Assembly: GCA_001275005.1 (NCBI GenBank)
Contig: JWZX01003346.1
Coordinates: forward strand, 1-59,856
Direction of reading: 5' to 3'
Length of the DNA: 59,856 bases
From: Chrysochromulina tobinii
Taxonomy: Eukaryota
Shown: piece after piece, positions 1 through 10,638 of the stretch
How the letters are laid out: every line of letters starts with the position of its first letter
How positions within the stretch are numbered: the stretch's first letter is position 1
The notes under the pieces: model-generated
Told to the model about the DNA's origin: nothing
Database searches by the model: none
What the model saw: only the letters and a program-made list of their open reading frames with translations
Program-made: the position numbers and the translations under genes

Positions 1-1615
1 GCGCCTCGGCGGGCGCGCCGTCGCGGGCGCCTCGGACGGTCTGCCGAGCGTCGCGAGATTGCGATTCACGGGAGAGAAGCTGCCGTTTCAGCGCCTGATG
101 GACGCGGCGCAGCCCTCACCTGCAACGGCCGCGGCCGCTGCGACCGGGGGCAGCACACCGAGTGGTGCGCCGGGCGCCGTCGCGGGCGACCTCCAGGGGA
201 GTCGTGTCAAGGAGCCGTTGGCGGTGACTGCGGCGCGTCGTTCACAGCCGGTGCTCGATGCCGTCCAGAGCCAGCTGCGCAAGCAACGGGTGTATGTGAC
301 CACCAACAGCGGTACTGTGCTTTCGCTGCGCGCGGGTGCCGACCTGCAGGTCGCCCTCGACGCTCTCAAGCTGCGGGGACTGCCCCATGAGGCAGCTGCC
401 ACGACGGCGCGCGTCAACGGGCGCACGGTACGGCGCGAGTACAAGCTGCCTAGCATGCACGCGCTCACCACGGCGCCCCGCTCTCCCAAATTAGGTACGG
501 CGCGAGTACAAGCTGCGCAACGGAGACGTCCTGATGCCGCTCGCCACGACGGCGCTCAACTCCTACGCCTGGGTAGCGACCGGTAGGACGACGTACGCCT
601 GGGGCGAGGCGGCCGACTGTGAACGTGAATGGGGCGAGGCGGCCGAGGCGCTCGCGGCGGCGCCCACGCCCGTCCCCTATCCATGGAATCTCGTCGGCTC
701 GCGCCGGGCCGAGGACGCCCTCAACTGGCTCCTGGAGGCTGAGAAGAAGCATGGAAGCGTCGCGTCGCTCGCGCTCGCCAACTGGTGCGCGCTCACGACG
801 GCGCGCTCACGACGGCGCGCTCGCTCCTCGGCGAGGGGAACGCCCTGCATACACGTGCTCACCACGGCGCCCGCTCCCCTCTTCCCCACAGGTGCGCACT
901 CTCGCTCCTCGGCGAGGTGAGCCTGGCGGCGGAGCCCCTCTCGAGCCTCTCGCGGCCCCTGCCCTCGATGGCATGGGCACTCCAAGGGGGGGCGGTGGCG
1001 CTTGTCGAGGCTTGGACGTTACACACGGCGACCTCGGCCCTCATCCGCGCCGTGCCGGGCGTCGCTGCGCGGCCGCCCGACGCGACGCCTACCGGCATCG
1101 CCGCGGACGACGCGACGAGTACCGGTACCGGCTCGTCGCCTACGGACGATGCGTGGGCGAGCGTGTCCAGAGATTTTTGGGTGGGCTTCGCTGCGGCCGC
1201 GCCGCCCGTGCCATTGCGCATCGCCGATGCGTGGGAGAAACTTTTGTGCGCTCTCGAGGTCGAGAAGGCGCTCAGCACGGCGCTCGTGGGCTGCTCCTCA
1301 CCGGCCTTTTTAGGTCTCCTTATAGGGCGCGTGGCGATGGTGCTCATCACGGCGCTCGCGCTGCACGCCGATGTGCAGTTCGGCATCCTGCACGACGTCT
1401 TCTCGCGAGGCAACATGCCCCTCACCGCCCGCGAGCGCCGCGCTGAGCGAACCGTCACCCGACCGGGCGCGCTCGCGCCGCCCGCGCCCACGACGGCGCC
1501 GTCGGCGGCGCTCGGCGCCGAGATGGATCTGGAGCGGCTGGCGGCGGAGGAATCCTTTCGTGACTCGCTCGCCTCCGATCTCGTGCTCCAGGACATCCCC
1601 CTCGAGCTCAACTGA
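1..1615 (+). CDS. RelA/SpoT homologue (RSH)-like protein, 3' part with TGS domain; 5' end outside window; exons <1-427, 495-784, 892-1615
   Basis: Removing GT-AG introns 428-494 and 785-891 joins three ORFs in frame. This yields RVYVTTNSGTVLSLRAGA...ARVNGRTVRREYKLRNGDVL, matching the TGS pattern of RelA/SpoT (VYVFTPKG..LP.G...AKVNG..V....L.NGD.V). The catalytic domains are not visible in the window. Confidence 0.7.
428..494 (+). mobile_element. Introner-like intron (core family A), 67 nt, with perfect 23-nt flanking duplication
   Basis: ggtacggcgcgagtacaagctgc occurs at 427-449 and 494-516. The core gcatgcacgcgctcaccacggcgc lies between them. Splicing restores the TGS reading frame. Confidence 0.8.
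785..891 (+). mobile_element. Introner-like intron (core family A), 107 nt
   Basis: The intron 5' part (gtgcgcgctc...ctcgctcctcggcgagg) copies the next exon start (gtgcgcactctcgctcctcggcgagg). It contains the core gcatacacgtgctcaccacggcgc and ends with a pyrimidine tract plus cag. Confidence 0.75.
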
Positions 1616-1660
1616 GATCCGATCTCGTGCTCCAGGACATCCCCCTCGAGCTCAACTGAG
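1574..1660 (+). repeat. Tandem duplication (43 nt x2, period 44) spanning the stop codon
   Basis: tccgatctcgtgctccaggacatccccctcgagctcaactgag at 1574-1616 and 1618-1660. Confidence 0.95.
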
Positions 1661-2235
1661 GGAGTCCAGGGACTGTCAGACGCTGTCAGACCCCCCCCGT
1701 CGCGCCGCCCAGGCTTCGCGCTGTACGATCTTTGTGTGTGATACACAGCGTCTCGCTCTCAGACTCAGTGTACATTTTCTGATTCCAGGCGCTACGTCGC
1801 GTGGCTGCAGACTGTAGTAGCAGCAGTGTATAAACATGCGGAAATACAGACGTGTTATCACACACATCCATTATCTCCAGATCCGCAACTCTAAATCTCG
1901 CTTGGCGTGCGTGCTCGTGGGGCCGTGCGTAACATTCATGGACCCTGAGTGCTGAGAATACAACATCACGAGTGACGAGATCAAACTTCAAAGATGAAGA
2001 TCGAAGATGTTCTTGTGTCTGTCACAGATCACTGTCTGCGCCTTACGCGAGTGTCTCCAGACGGCGGTCGTGCGTCTAGCCAAGAGGACTACAAAACTTG
2101 GCTGCGTAGGTGTGAACAGAGGACCATGAAGGTCGGAGGTTGAACCTCGGTCAAGCTCGCCCTCCCTACCCATGGTGTGTGGAGCCGCGCCGCTCATCAC
2201 GTGTCTGCCTCCTCCCATCTCGAGAAAACGCCACG

Positions 2236-3075
2236 ATGGCAGCCATCGTTTTGGTGGCCGCTGCCACCAAGACGATGGCCTTCACGTCAACGTCTTTTCT
2301 ACACTCGGCTGATCGCTGCTCACGGAGTGCGTCTCCCGTAGCGCTCGCAAAGGCCCCCAAGTCAAGGTCAGGTGGTGGCGGATTTGGTGCACCGCCGCCA
2401 GCTGCTGTGGCCGTCAAACGGTCCTCAGGGCCAGCAGTACCCAGTCCTTATGACAACGAGCAGTTTGTCGTGTCTGACTATCCACTGCCTATTGAGCCGG
2501 GCCAATCGTCGCTCTTTCTCGGCACCTTCATGATCGAGGATGAATCTGTGTGCGATGACCTTGTGGCCGCATTTGAGGCCGATAAGGCATCGCACAAGGC
2601 GGGCGTCGTCGGCCGCAACAATGGCCAGGTGCTGGACAAGAACAGCAAAGATTCGATTGAGATCAAATTCTTTCCTGACGACCCACGGCCGGCGTGGCAG
2701 CGATACGTGGCCGCCCTCAAGCGGGTCACCAGCCGCTACGTGGAGCAGTACCCCTACGCAGCCAGAGTGGGTGAGTGGGGCCTCTCGTCTCCCACCAATT
2801 TCCAATACTACCCGCCGGGGGGGGGGTACAAGGTCTATCACACCGAACGCGTCGATCGCGTCGAGCCGGGCGCGTCTCGGCACCTCGTGTTCATGACTTA
2901 CCTCAACACTGTGAACGACGCTGGCGGGACGCAGTTCGTCCACCAGAACATTACCGTCCAGCCCGTTAAGGGGCTGACAGTCATATGGCCCGCCGACTGG
3001 ACCTTCTTCCACCGGGGCATACCGTCGCCCACCCAGGAGAAGCGAATCGCCACTGGATGGTTCAACTTTGCTTGA
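2236..3075 (+). CDS. 2OG-Fe(II) oxygenase with probable bipartite plastid-targeting presequence
   Basis: Motifs YPPGGGYKVYHTE, FMTYLNTV..AGGTQF, IWPADWTFFHRG and EKRIATGW. The hydrophobic N-terminus is followed by AF and a Ser/Arg-rich transit-like stretch. Intronless. Confidence 0.85.
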   Translation: MAAIVLVAAATKTMAFTSTSFLHSADRCSRSASPVALAKAPKSRSGGGGFGAPPPAAVAVKRSSGPAVPSPYDNEQFVVSDYPLPIEPGQSSLFLGTFMIEDESVCDDLVAAFEADKASHKAGVVGRNNGQVLDKNSKDSIEIKFFPDDPRPAWQRYVAALKRVTSRYVEQYPYAARVGEWGLSSPTNFQYYPPGGGYKVYHTERVDRVEPGASRHLVFMTYLNTVNDAGGTQFVHQNITVQPVKGLTVIWPADWTFFHRGIPSPTQEKRIATGWFNFA

Positions 3076-3348
3076 GAGATCGCGGACTGTTCCTTTCTTT
3101 CCTCCGTGTTGTCATATTTGCCGACTCGCGCTTGAAATCGTTAAAGGTACCGGTACTCGAGCATGCAGGGGACCATTTGAGTTTCAAAATGTCCGTTCAC
3201 TAAATTTTCCGATTTCCGAGACCTCCGTTTCAAGCGGCTTGGGTTTTTTGTGAACCGCCGAGCCGTTCGCGTGTGGCCTCTCCCTCTATTGGAAGGAGAG
3301 GCGGCAGCTCCTCAGGGCGAAGAGAACAGAGAGGCTCCCCTGGACTAG

Positions 3349-4168
3349 ATGGCCAATGGAGCAGCCATGGCCGCCGCGCGCGCGAAGAAGAAAAGGGAAA
3401 GGGCAGCTAGAGAGCACCAGCTTGACCAGGAGACGGACAGACTGTTTGAGAAGTATGACACAAGCAAGTCAGGGTTGATCGAGAAGGAGGAGCTGCGTGC
3501 GATGCTGATGGCCATCGAGCAGGAGAAGGGGCAACTAACTTTGGTGAGTGAAGCCGGTCTGGAAAAGCTGCTCGATCGCATGCTCAAGAATTACGGCGAG
3601 GAGGGTCCCGAGGGATTGGGTGTCAGCCGCGAGAATGCGCTGACTGCCATGAAGCGGTACCGAGCGTGGCTCAAGCACGAGGAGATGATCGAGCGGCTGT
3701 TCCGGCAAGCAGACGCCAACGACTCACGTACCCTCGAAAGGGGGGGAGAGATCAAGGTCTTTTTGACCCTGGTCGTCAATGAGTTCCCAGAGCTTCGTGG
3801 GATCACGGTCGAAGATTCCGACGTGGACTTCATCCTCGAGCGATGTGATGGGTTCAAGGATGGGGTGAAGAACGAGGTAATAGACATGGAGGAGGCGGGG
3901 CCTGCCGTGGCCACTTGGATCCAGGTGGTCCGAGCCAAGGTGCGCCCACCACGGCGCCTCAAGCCACGCCATCGCGGCACCTCCTCACACTGAACCGCTG
4001 CGCTCTGCGCGACTCGCCGGCCCTCACCGCCCTCACAACCCTCGCCGCCCCTCGCCTTCGCCTCAACCTCGCCGCCCCTCGCCTCTTCTGATCCTCTCGC
4101 GATCGAATCGCTCGCCGTCGCAGCCGCCAAAACCACAGACAACGACCGCCGCGTGCGTCGTCCTGTGA
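3349..4168 (+). CDS. EF-hand calcium-binding protein with C-terminal CaaX box; exons 3349-3939, 4124-4168
   Basis: EF-hand loops DTSKSGLIEKEE and DANDSRTLE. Intron 3940-4123 (gtgcgc...gtcgcag, pyrimidine-rich) gives a last exon PPKPQTTTAACVVL*. Confidence 0.8.
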
Positions 4169-4443
4169 ACACTTTGTGAACACTCTGTGAGCACGTCGTC
4201 GTTTGGGAGGCGCCGTAACGGGCGCGGTGGCGGTGCGGACTGGCGTGCGAGCTAGTGCGTGCGAATACAGGTGCGCGCGAGAGGTGCTGTGACACCGTGC
4301 GTAACCGTGCGTGGGCGTGGGCACACCTCTGAGGCGCACGCATGGGATACAAAATTGGTGGCGGCGGGGTACCAATGTTGTCTGGAGCGCTGCTACAGGT
4401 GGCTCGACACGCGCCGGTCCGATCAGACCACGGACGCGGCGTC

Positions 4444-4537
4444 CTCCGAGATGCTCTGAGAGATCGTACAACGTACCGAGATAACCTCCGAGATGCTCTG
4501 AGAGATCGTACACGGTACAGCGTACCGAGAGATCGTA
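4444..4537. repeat. Short intergenic direct repeats
   Basis: ctccgagatgctctgagagatcgtac x2, plus repeated cgtaccgaga. Confidence 0.8.
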
Positions 4538-4779
4538 CTGGCCCGTGACCGTTAGTTGCCGCATGCCGGCACGCGGCTGGGCTTGTCCGTGTGCCTCGTT
4601 GCCTGGGTAGAAGCGTACCCACAACCCAGGCGTCTAGGGGTAGCGGTCCAGTCCAAGGGCGGCACGTTCCGAACGTCACGTTGTTGCAGTAGGGTAGAGC
4701 GCCCACGTACACTTGTTGTCCTACCGTTAACGCGTCCGCGCGGTCGCTCTATCGCGTAAAGGCTAATGCGCTAATCGCT

Positions 4780-6348
4780 CTATCGACACCACAATCTCAG
4801 CTTACCATGCGTGTTGCACGGAGGCAACGAAGCCCAGAACGCCCTGCACACGTCACGAAAGTGCGACTCCCCCGTGCCAGCGCAACCCAACACGAGACGC
4901 TCACCCTCGAGAAAGTCCCGACGCGCACGCTCTCTGCTTGGGCTCAAGGATGCACTTGGCGTACGATCCTTGGCTGATGCGGAGGCCGACGCTCCCCGAG
5001 CCACCGCAGAGACGAGCGCCTTGGACCGCTGTGCGAGGGCTAGTGCCGACCAAAACGCCGACGAGGTGTTCTGCCCACAGAGCTCGTACAGAGTGCCTGG
5101 CTCTGTGCCTGGCTCGTACGAGGTGCATGGTGCGGCGGCCTTGCCAATCTTTGGGTGCGCCATCTGCATGCCGTGGCTGCACGGGTTGGCGCTCCACGTG
5201 GTGAGCGGATGGCAGAGTACGTGGCCATCCTCGCCCTCTGCCGGGTATCTGCTGGTAGGCGTGCCCTCGAGGCCATGCTGAGGGCCGTGCTGGGCGCCGA
5301 CGAGGCGGGGATCGCAGGCGCGGAAGGGCACGCACACGATGGGGTCGTCGCTGGCGGTTTGAGCCTCAGCGAGGGCGGCAGGGACCGCAAGTCGTTCGAG
5401 GCCCACGAGCAGATGGCTCAGCACCGTCTTGGCACGAGCGCACCGAAGAGCCTCGTCCGTACACATGGTGGCGTTCGACTCAGGCCACGGCTGGCCATCG
5501 ACCACGTCCGCCACGAGGGCGGCCCATGTGTTGGTGATCTGCGGCGGGGCGAGGCTCTGGTGCCCGCGCGAGGACGACCACGGCATGTGAACGATCACGG
5601 GCTTCGCCGAGCGGATGCGGCGCTTGGCTGCAGCCAGGCTCCAGTCGGGTCCTGCCGCGGTATAAAAGAGTGTGGACTGGTAGTCCAGCACCACGCCGAA
5701 GCGCGTCAAGTTACGCGCCAAGACGAAGCTGAAGAGCCACTGGTCGCTGCAACGACGACGGACTGGCTGGCCGCAGAGCTGGTCGCGGACTGGTGCAGCA
5801 TCGACCGCCGCACGCACAAGCACGGCCAGATCAGCAGCAAAGCCGATGATCCCTCCGGTGTTAAGGTATCGATGCTGCTCATCGTCACCGACCGCTTGAG
5901 TGGCGGCCATCTCCCAGAAGCGCCTGTCCGCCGTCGGTTGGTCGGAGAAGTTGGGTTCCGCGGCGAAGCAAATTCGTGCCTTCGTCGCCAAGAAGCGCGA
6001 CAGCGCAACGTCGCTTGGCTGAGCGACAAACGTGTCGTACGCATCGACCACCATGACGATCGCCTCCGGGCACTGCCCATCGAGGTGGCGTTGAAGGAGC
6101 AGCGGCTTCGAGGCGAGCGCTGTGCTCTCATTCTTGATGTGCAAGGTGCGCACTGTGTAGCCATGCGCGGAGGCTGTGCGAGCGAATGGGAGCGTGGGCG
6201 CGAGTGGAACCTTGTCCGCAAAGGTGACGATATGCAGATGATCACGGCGGCCGTGGCATTGTCGCAACGTGCGGCTTATCAGAGGAGGCTGCTCCTTCGC
6301 ATCGTTGTTGGCTGCTAGTGGCCAAAGGGTCGAAAAGCGAGAGTCCAT
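4780..6348 (-). CDS. PLOD/procollagen-glycosyltransferase-like GT-A protein
   Basis: Motifs IVMVVDAYDTF (DxD), ICFAAEPN, RYLNTGGIIG, SDQWLF and LDYQSTLF are typical of the PLOD N-terminal GT domain. Start codon uncertain. Confidence 0.75.
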   Translation of the reverse strand: MDSRFSTLWPLAANNDAKEQPPLISRTLRQCHGRRDHLHIVTFADKVPLAPTLPFARTASAHGYTVRTLHIKNESTALASKPLLLQRHLDGQCPEAIVMVVDAYDTFVAQPSDVALSRFLATKARICFAAEPNFSDQPTADRRFWEMAATQAVGDDEQHRYLNTGGIIGFAADLAVLVRAAVDAAPVRDQLCGQPVRRRCSDQWLFSFVLARNLTRFGVVLDYQSTLFYTAAGPDWSLAAAKRRIRSAKPVIVHMPWSSSRGHQSLAPPQITNTWAALVADVVDGQPWPESNATMCTDEALRCARAKTVLSHLLVGLERLAVPAALAEAQTASDDPIVCVPFRACDPRLVGAQHGPQHGLEGTPTSRYPAEGEDGHVLCHPLTTWSANPCSHGMQMAHPKIGKAAAPCTSYEPGTEPGTLYELCGQNTSSAFWSALALAQRSKALVSAVARGASASASAKDRTPSASLSPSRERARRDFLEGERLVLGCAGTGESHFRDVCRAFWASLPPCNTHGKLRLWCR

Positions 6349-6534
6349 GTGGCGACCCACAGCGTCAAACACGTTGCTTGTGCAGTTCTGATGATATAAT
6401 TCGCCCGAGAGTAAACGAATCTTGCATGCATGTGCGAACAAAAGGCACTTGCAGGAGATCGTCTGCATCGGATTACGGAAAAGGCGCACCAAACCCTTTT
6501 TTTGCATGCATTGGAGGCCGCGACACATAGGAAT

Positions 6535-8793
6535 ATGGAGACTGAGCTGGCGAACCCGGCCATCCGCCGGCTGCCATTGCGCGAGGCCACGCTGGTGCGC
6601 TCGGCCTGTGCGCTGCCGTCGATCGCTGCGATTGCTGAGGAGCTCGTGCTCAACGCCCTCGATGCTGGCGCGAGTGAAGTGAGCGTCTCGGTCGACGTGC
6701 TCGGTTGCTACATCCAGGTCCGTGACAACGGCTGTGGCATCGACCTCGACGGGCTACGCATGATCGGCGACCGGCATGTGACCTCTAAGCTGGCCTCGCT
6801 TGCTGATCTCGATTCGGGTGAGGCATTTCGAACCTTTGGCTTTCGCGGAGAGGCGCTTCACATCCTTGGGACTGTCAGTGTGCTCGAGATCATCTCATGC
6901 GCAGCCGCGGCGCCATCCTCGACCCACGCCGCCGTGCTGCGTTTCGGTCTGCGGCAGTCCGTTGGCCCGGCACATGAGGTGCGAGCGGTGGGCACCACAG
7001 TCACGGCGAGAGATCTCTTCGCCAACCGATCCGTCTCGCGAAAGCAGCATCAGCGACCCGGGGCCGCGGCGGCCGAGGTGGAGCAGGCCCGCTCGCGCCT
7101 GATGGCGCTCGCCATCGCGCACCCGGCGGTGGCTCTCCGGCTGCACGACCTCGGGTGCAACCTCACCGTCTTGCGCACGTCCATCACCTCGTCGCCTCTC
7201 AGCAGCCTGCGCGCCAGCCTCGGCGAGCTCGAGCCCCCACCGATGGTGCCCTTGGCTTTCATGCACGCGGGCTTCTCGCTCGAAGGCTTCGCGGCCGTCC
7301 CGCCAGCCGGCCACCGCAGCCGCGAATGCCAGCACCTATTCCTCAACCAGCGGCCGCTCAGCCCACGCACCGAGCTTCACCAGCTTCTCGAAGCCGCCCT
7401 GACCAAGGTCGCCCTTGCACTCACCGCAGCGTCGGCTCCAACGGCCGGTGGCTCGGCGCAGGCGCCGACCAGCGTGCCGCATGCAGCCTTCGTCCTCTTC
7501 CTGCGCTGCCCACCCTCGTGCTTCGACTTGACGCTCGAGCCCGACAAGTCGGACGCGACCTTTATCGACGGCGGCCTGACCGCATCGCTCACACTCGTCC
7601 AGGCCATCACCCGCTTCGTGAGCATGCACTGCGAGCCTGCCCTCTCCACGCACGCTGCGTCGCGCCTGATCGAGGCATGCCTGCCCACGAGTAGCCGCCG
7701 AAGCGGCGGAGGGGGCGGCGCACGCAGCGGCTCCGCCTCCGCGACCGCGGGCACCAAGGGCACCAAGGGCAGCGGGACGGGCAGCCGCAGCAGCGGGGGC
7801 AGTCGCAGTGCGAGCGCGGCAACCGGCAGCAGCGAGGGGGGCGGGGCCGCAGGCAGCAGCGAGGCAGCGCGAATGCCACCGTCATCGCTCGCCTCGCAGC
7901 TCGGGCTCATGGCACCCCTGGCGCCCATCACGGCGCCTCTGAAGGCTCCCAAACGTCCGTTCGCGCCTCTCGCCACCATTGCGCCGCGCCAACGGCTCAA
8001 CACGGTACCGGTAGGAGAGGGATCCGAGTCCGCAAGGAGCGCGCTCGCCTTCGGAAGCATGTTCGACCCCCAGCTCCCGTGGGAAGCAGAGGCCGACACG
8101 CGCACTCAGGCTGGGCCTGCGAGCGCCCTTCCGGGCGCCCCGATGTCAGCCGCCGTCGTGAGCACCGCGCGCCTTGAACGGCTGATCGCTTTCGCTCAAC
8201 TCGAGCGAAAGTTCATCCTCGCGACCGCCGACCACGCCCTATACGCCATCGACCAGCACGCGGCGGATGAACGAGTGCAGTTGGAGGCCTTGCTACGGGC
8301 GACGGTGCAGCCGTGCGGCCGGCCCCTCGCTGGGAGTGTGGGGGAACGCGCGCTGCGACCTCCCGCTAGGCTCGTGCTCACTCCGCATGAGCACGCCACG
8401 CTGCGCCGCCACCGCGCGCGACTCGCCGAGTGGGGATGGCGGCTGCGAGAAGAAGGAATGGACGCGCGCACGCTCATGCTCGACGCCATGCCACAGCTTC
8501 AGTCTGTCGACTTGGGCGAAAGGGCGATGCTCGAGTACGCGCAGGCTCTCGAGGACACCGCGGGCGGCAGCACACTCGCGCCCCCGGCAGTGCTCCGCGT
8601 GTTAGCCTCCAAGGCGTGCCGGCGCGCCATCATGTTCGGCGATACCTTGAGCGTGACGCAGTGCCAGGCGCTGCTCGAGGAGCTCGCGCGCTGTGAACAG
8701 CCGTTGCAGTGCGCGCACGGCCGTCCGACGATCGCACCGCTCGTCGACTTGGCGGCGCTGCGCCTGCCCGAACGGATGGAGGGCGATTTGTGA
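6535..8793 (+). CDS. MLH3: MutL-family mismatch-repair/meiotic endonuclease MLH3
   Basis: GHKL ATPase motifs (EELVLNALDA, DNGCG, GFRGEAL), endonuclease motif DQHAADERVQLE, SKACRRAIMFGD and terminal QCAHGRPT. Confidence 0.9.
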   Translation: METELANPAIRRLPLREATLVRSACALPSIAAIAEELVLNALDAGASEVSVSVDVLGCYIQVRDNGCGIDLDGLRMIGDRHVTSKLASLADLDSGEAFRTFGFRGEALHILGTVSVLEIISCAAAAPSSTHAAVLRFGLRQSVGPAHEVRAVGTTVTARDLFANRSVSRKQHQRPGAAAAEVEQARSRLMALAIAHPAVALRLHDLGCNLTVLRTSITSSPLSSLRASLGELEPPPMVPLAFMHAGFSLEGFAAVPPAGHRSRECQHLFLNQRPLSPRTELHQLLEAALTKVALALTAASAPTAGGSAQAPTSVPHAAFVLFLRCPPSCFDLTLEPDKSDATFIDGGLTASLTLVQAITRFVSMHCEPALSTHAASRLIEACLPTSSRRSGGGGGARSGSASATAGTKGTKGSGTGSRSSGGSRSASAATGSSEGGGAAGSSEAARMPPSSLASQLGLMAPLAPITAPLKAPKRPFAPLATIAPRQRLNTVPVGEGSESARSALAFGSMFDPQLPWEAEADTRTQAGPASALPGAPMSAAVVSTARLERLIAFAQLERKFILATADHALYAIDQHAADERVQLEALLRATVQPCGRPLAGSVGERALRPPARLVLTPHEHATLRRHRARLAEWGWRLREEGMDARTLMLDAMPQLQSVDLGERAMLEYAQALEDTAGGSTLAPPAVLRVLASKACRRAIMFGDTLSVTQCQALLEELARCEQPLQCAHGRPTIAPLVDLAALRLPERMEGDL

Positions 8794-9094
8794 GCCCGTG
8801 ATGGCGTGAGAGACGAGCCGCGTGGACAAAGACGCGGCCGAGGCCTCGAGGAGCGGCGGGAAACACCGCGCCTCGGTCCAGCCATGCCAAAGCGCTCACG
8901 CCCAGAGGTGACGTGTACAAGCGCGCCCAGCCCCGCTGGGGAAACGTGTCGCTTTCCGACAAATGAGGGAGACCGTGTGCAGCCGAGTTGCATGCATGCA
9001 TGCGTTCCTCATCGCACCCCGTAACGTTTCTATTGTTCAGCGTGAGACCGAGAAACGCAAATTGGACTGTGAGAGTAGTGTCTTTGGCATATTC

Positions 9095-10336
9095 ATGCCC
9101 CAGCTGGCACCGTTGTCGTCACCATTACCTACTAGACCGCCACCGGCACCACCACCACCACGACCACCACCACCTCCAATGCCACCGCCGACCGCCTCAC
9201 AGCCTCAAGCTTCGGCTCCAACGAGAGCAACACCAGCAGCGAGGCGGCAAGAGAATCCCTTTCAGCCATCGCATCCATCGGTTAGGAAGCAGCGTGGCGG
9301 GGAAGAGGAGCCATTTCCTCCACGCGAGGGCTGGCGACGGCCACCGCTGCAGCCATCCGTCGCCGAGTCCCATCACTCTCCTCGAAGGCGACCGACCAGC
9401 CCAAAGCCGCATTGTGCGTTGCCACCCGCGCTCGCCTTGCGAGGATGCTTCCAGCCAGTCCGCGTGCGATCGCGAAGCACGCCGGCTTCGAGGAGCGGCG
9501 GCGATGACGCGCGCGGGAGTGGCCACGAGAGCCCACGAACTCGTTCGCCGAGGGCAACGCCAATGGCATTGACCAAGGGGCAACTGCAGCACAAACATGG
9601 CGGCAGCGCCGGCGTCGCCGTCGGTGGCACGAGTGGCAGCGCGGGCTTGGTGAGCCGCAGTCGCAACGGCCGCGATCGGCGTGAGCCTTACCACATGCAC
9701 ATGAGCCTGAGCGATGTTCATTTCCTCATTCGGGCCTCGGACCGCAGCGCCGCCGCCTACTTACGCACCGAGCGACGCTCGCCATGCGGCAACGATTGGC
9801 TCCTACCCCTAGAGATCTTGCTTGCGCGGCAGGCATGTGCACGGCGCGACGCGGACTTGGAAGCGGAGGCCCTGCGGCGCGAGCAAGAGGAAGCGGCCGC
9901 CCAGCGCGCCCGAGAACAGGCTACGCGCATCCTCGAGGCAACCCTCGAAGCGGTGCTTGTCGACGCCCTCAGTTCGAGTCTCGAAGAGTGGACGGCGCAG
10001 GTGGCGTACGACATATGGGTCGATCAGAAGGCGGGCTTGGCGAGCGAGGCCGCCCTTGACTTCCTGCTGTCGAGCGCCATGACCCACTGTGGTCTCATGC
10101 TCACCTTTGAGAGCGGGGGGGATGGCGGGCTCCTTGTCGCTTGGGTGGCAGAGGTGGATCGTGCTCTGCAGCGGGAGGCCTTCGAAGCATACGCCACGGC
10201 TGAGAGGGAGAAGAAGGAGAAGCTGCAACGTTTGCAGATCGAAGAGGAGGAGAAGGCGAAGAATCGCGCGGAGGCGATGGCGAAGAGCAAGGCGCTCAAA
10301 GGAGGTAGCATGCGCCAACTGACGAAAGAGTTGTAA
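9095..10336 (+). CDS. Hypothetical protein (Pro-rich N-terminus, coiled-coil C-terminus)
   Basis: Long ORF with a helical E/K/A-rich C-terminal part. No recognised family. Confidence 0.6.
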   Translation: MPQLAPLSSPLPTRPPPAPPPPRPPPPPMPPPTASQPQASAPTRATPAARRQENPFQPSHPSVRKQRGGEEEPFPPREGWRRPPLQPSVAESHHSPRRRPTSPKPHCALPPALALRGCFQPVRVRSRSTPASRSGGDDARGSGHESPRTRSPRATPMALTKGQLQHKHGGSAGVAVGGTSGSAGLVSRSRNGRDRREPYHMHMSLSDVHFLIRASDRSAAAYLRTERRSPCGNDWLLPLEILLARQACARRDADLEAEALRREQEEAAAQRAREQATRILEATLEAVLVDALSSSLEEWTAQVAYDIWVDQKAGLASEAALDFLLSSAMTHCGLMLTFESGGDGGLLVAWVAEVDRALQREAFEAYATAEREKKEKLQRLQIEEEEKAKNRAEAMAKSKALKGGSMRQLTKEL

Positions 10337-10638
10337 AGTCAAAAGTGATTAGTGTTCATGCGTAGCGCACGTTCCCGCCCGAGGCATCCGATCGGATACA
10401 CGACATTCGATTAGGCGAGTTCGCAATTCTGCTCGCCCGAATGTGCTGCGCTCTACCGGGAACGCCGTGGCCACGCCGTAGAAGCTAGAACCCAGAGCGA
10501 GACGACGCCGACTACAGCAGAATACAAGGCGTCCGAAGTGCCGACGTTGCCTTGAACATGGGCTGCGACATAAGGCATCGACCCAGGACCTAAGGCCGGC
10601 TTCTACATAGTACATACATGTAGATGTACAGTCTAGGC

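Noticed and set aside
5155..6318. Long antisense or overlapping ORFs (also 33907-34848, 42832-43629 and many others)
   Set aside because: They are shadow ORFs expected from high GC and GC3 bias opposite real genes.
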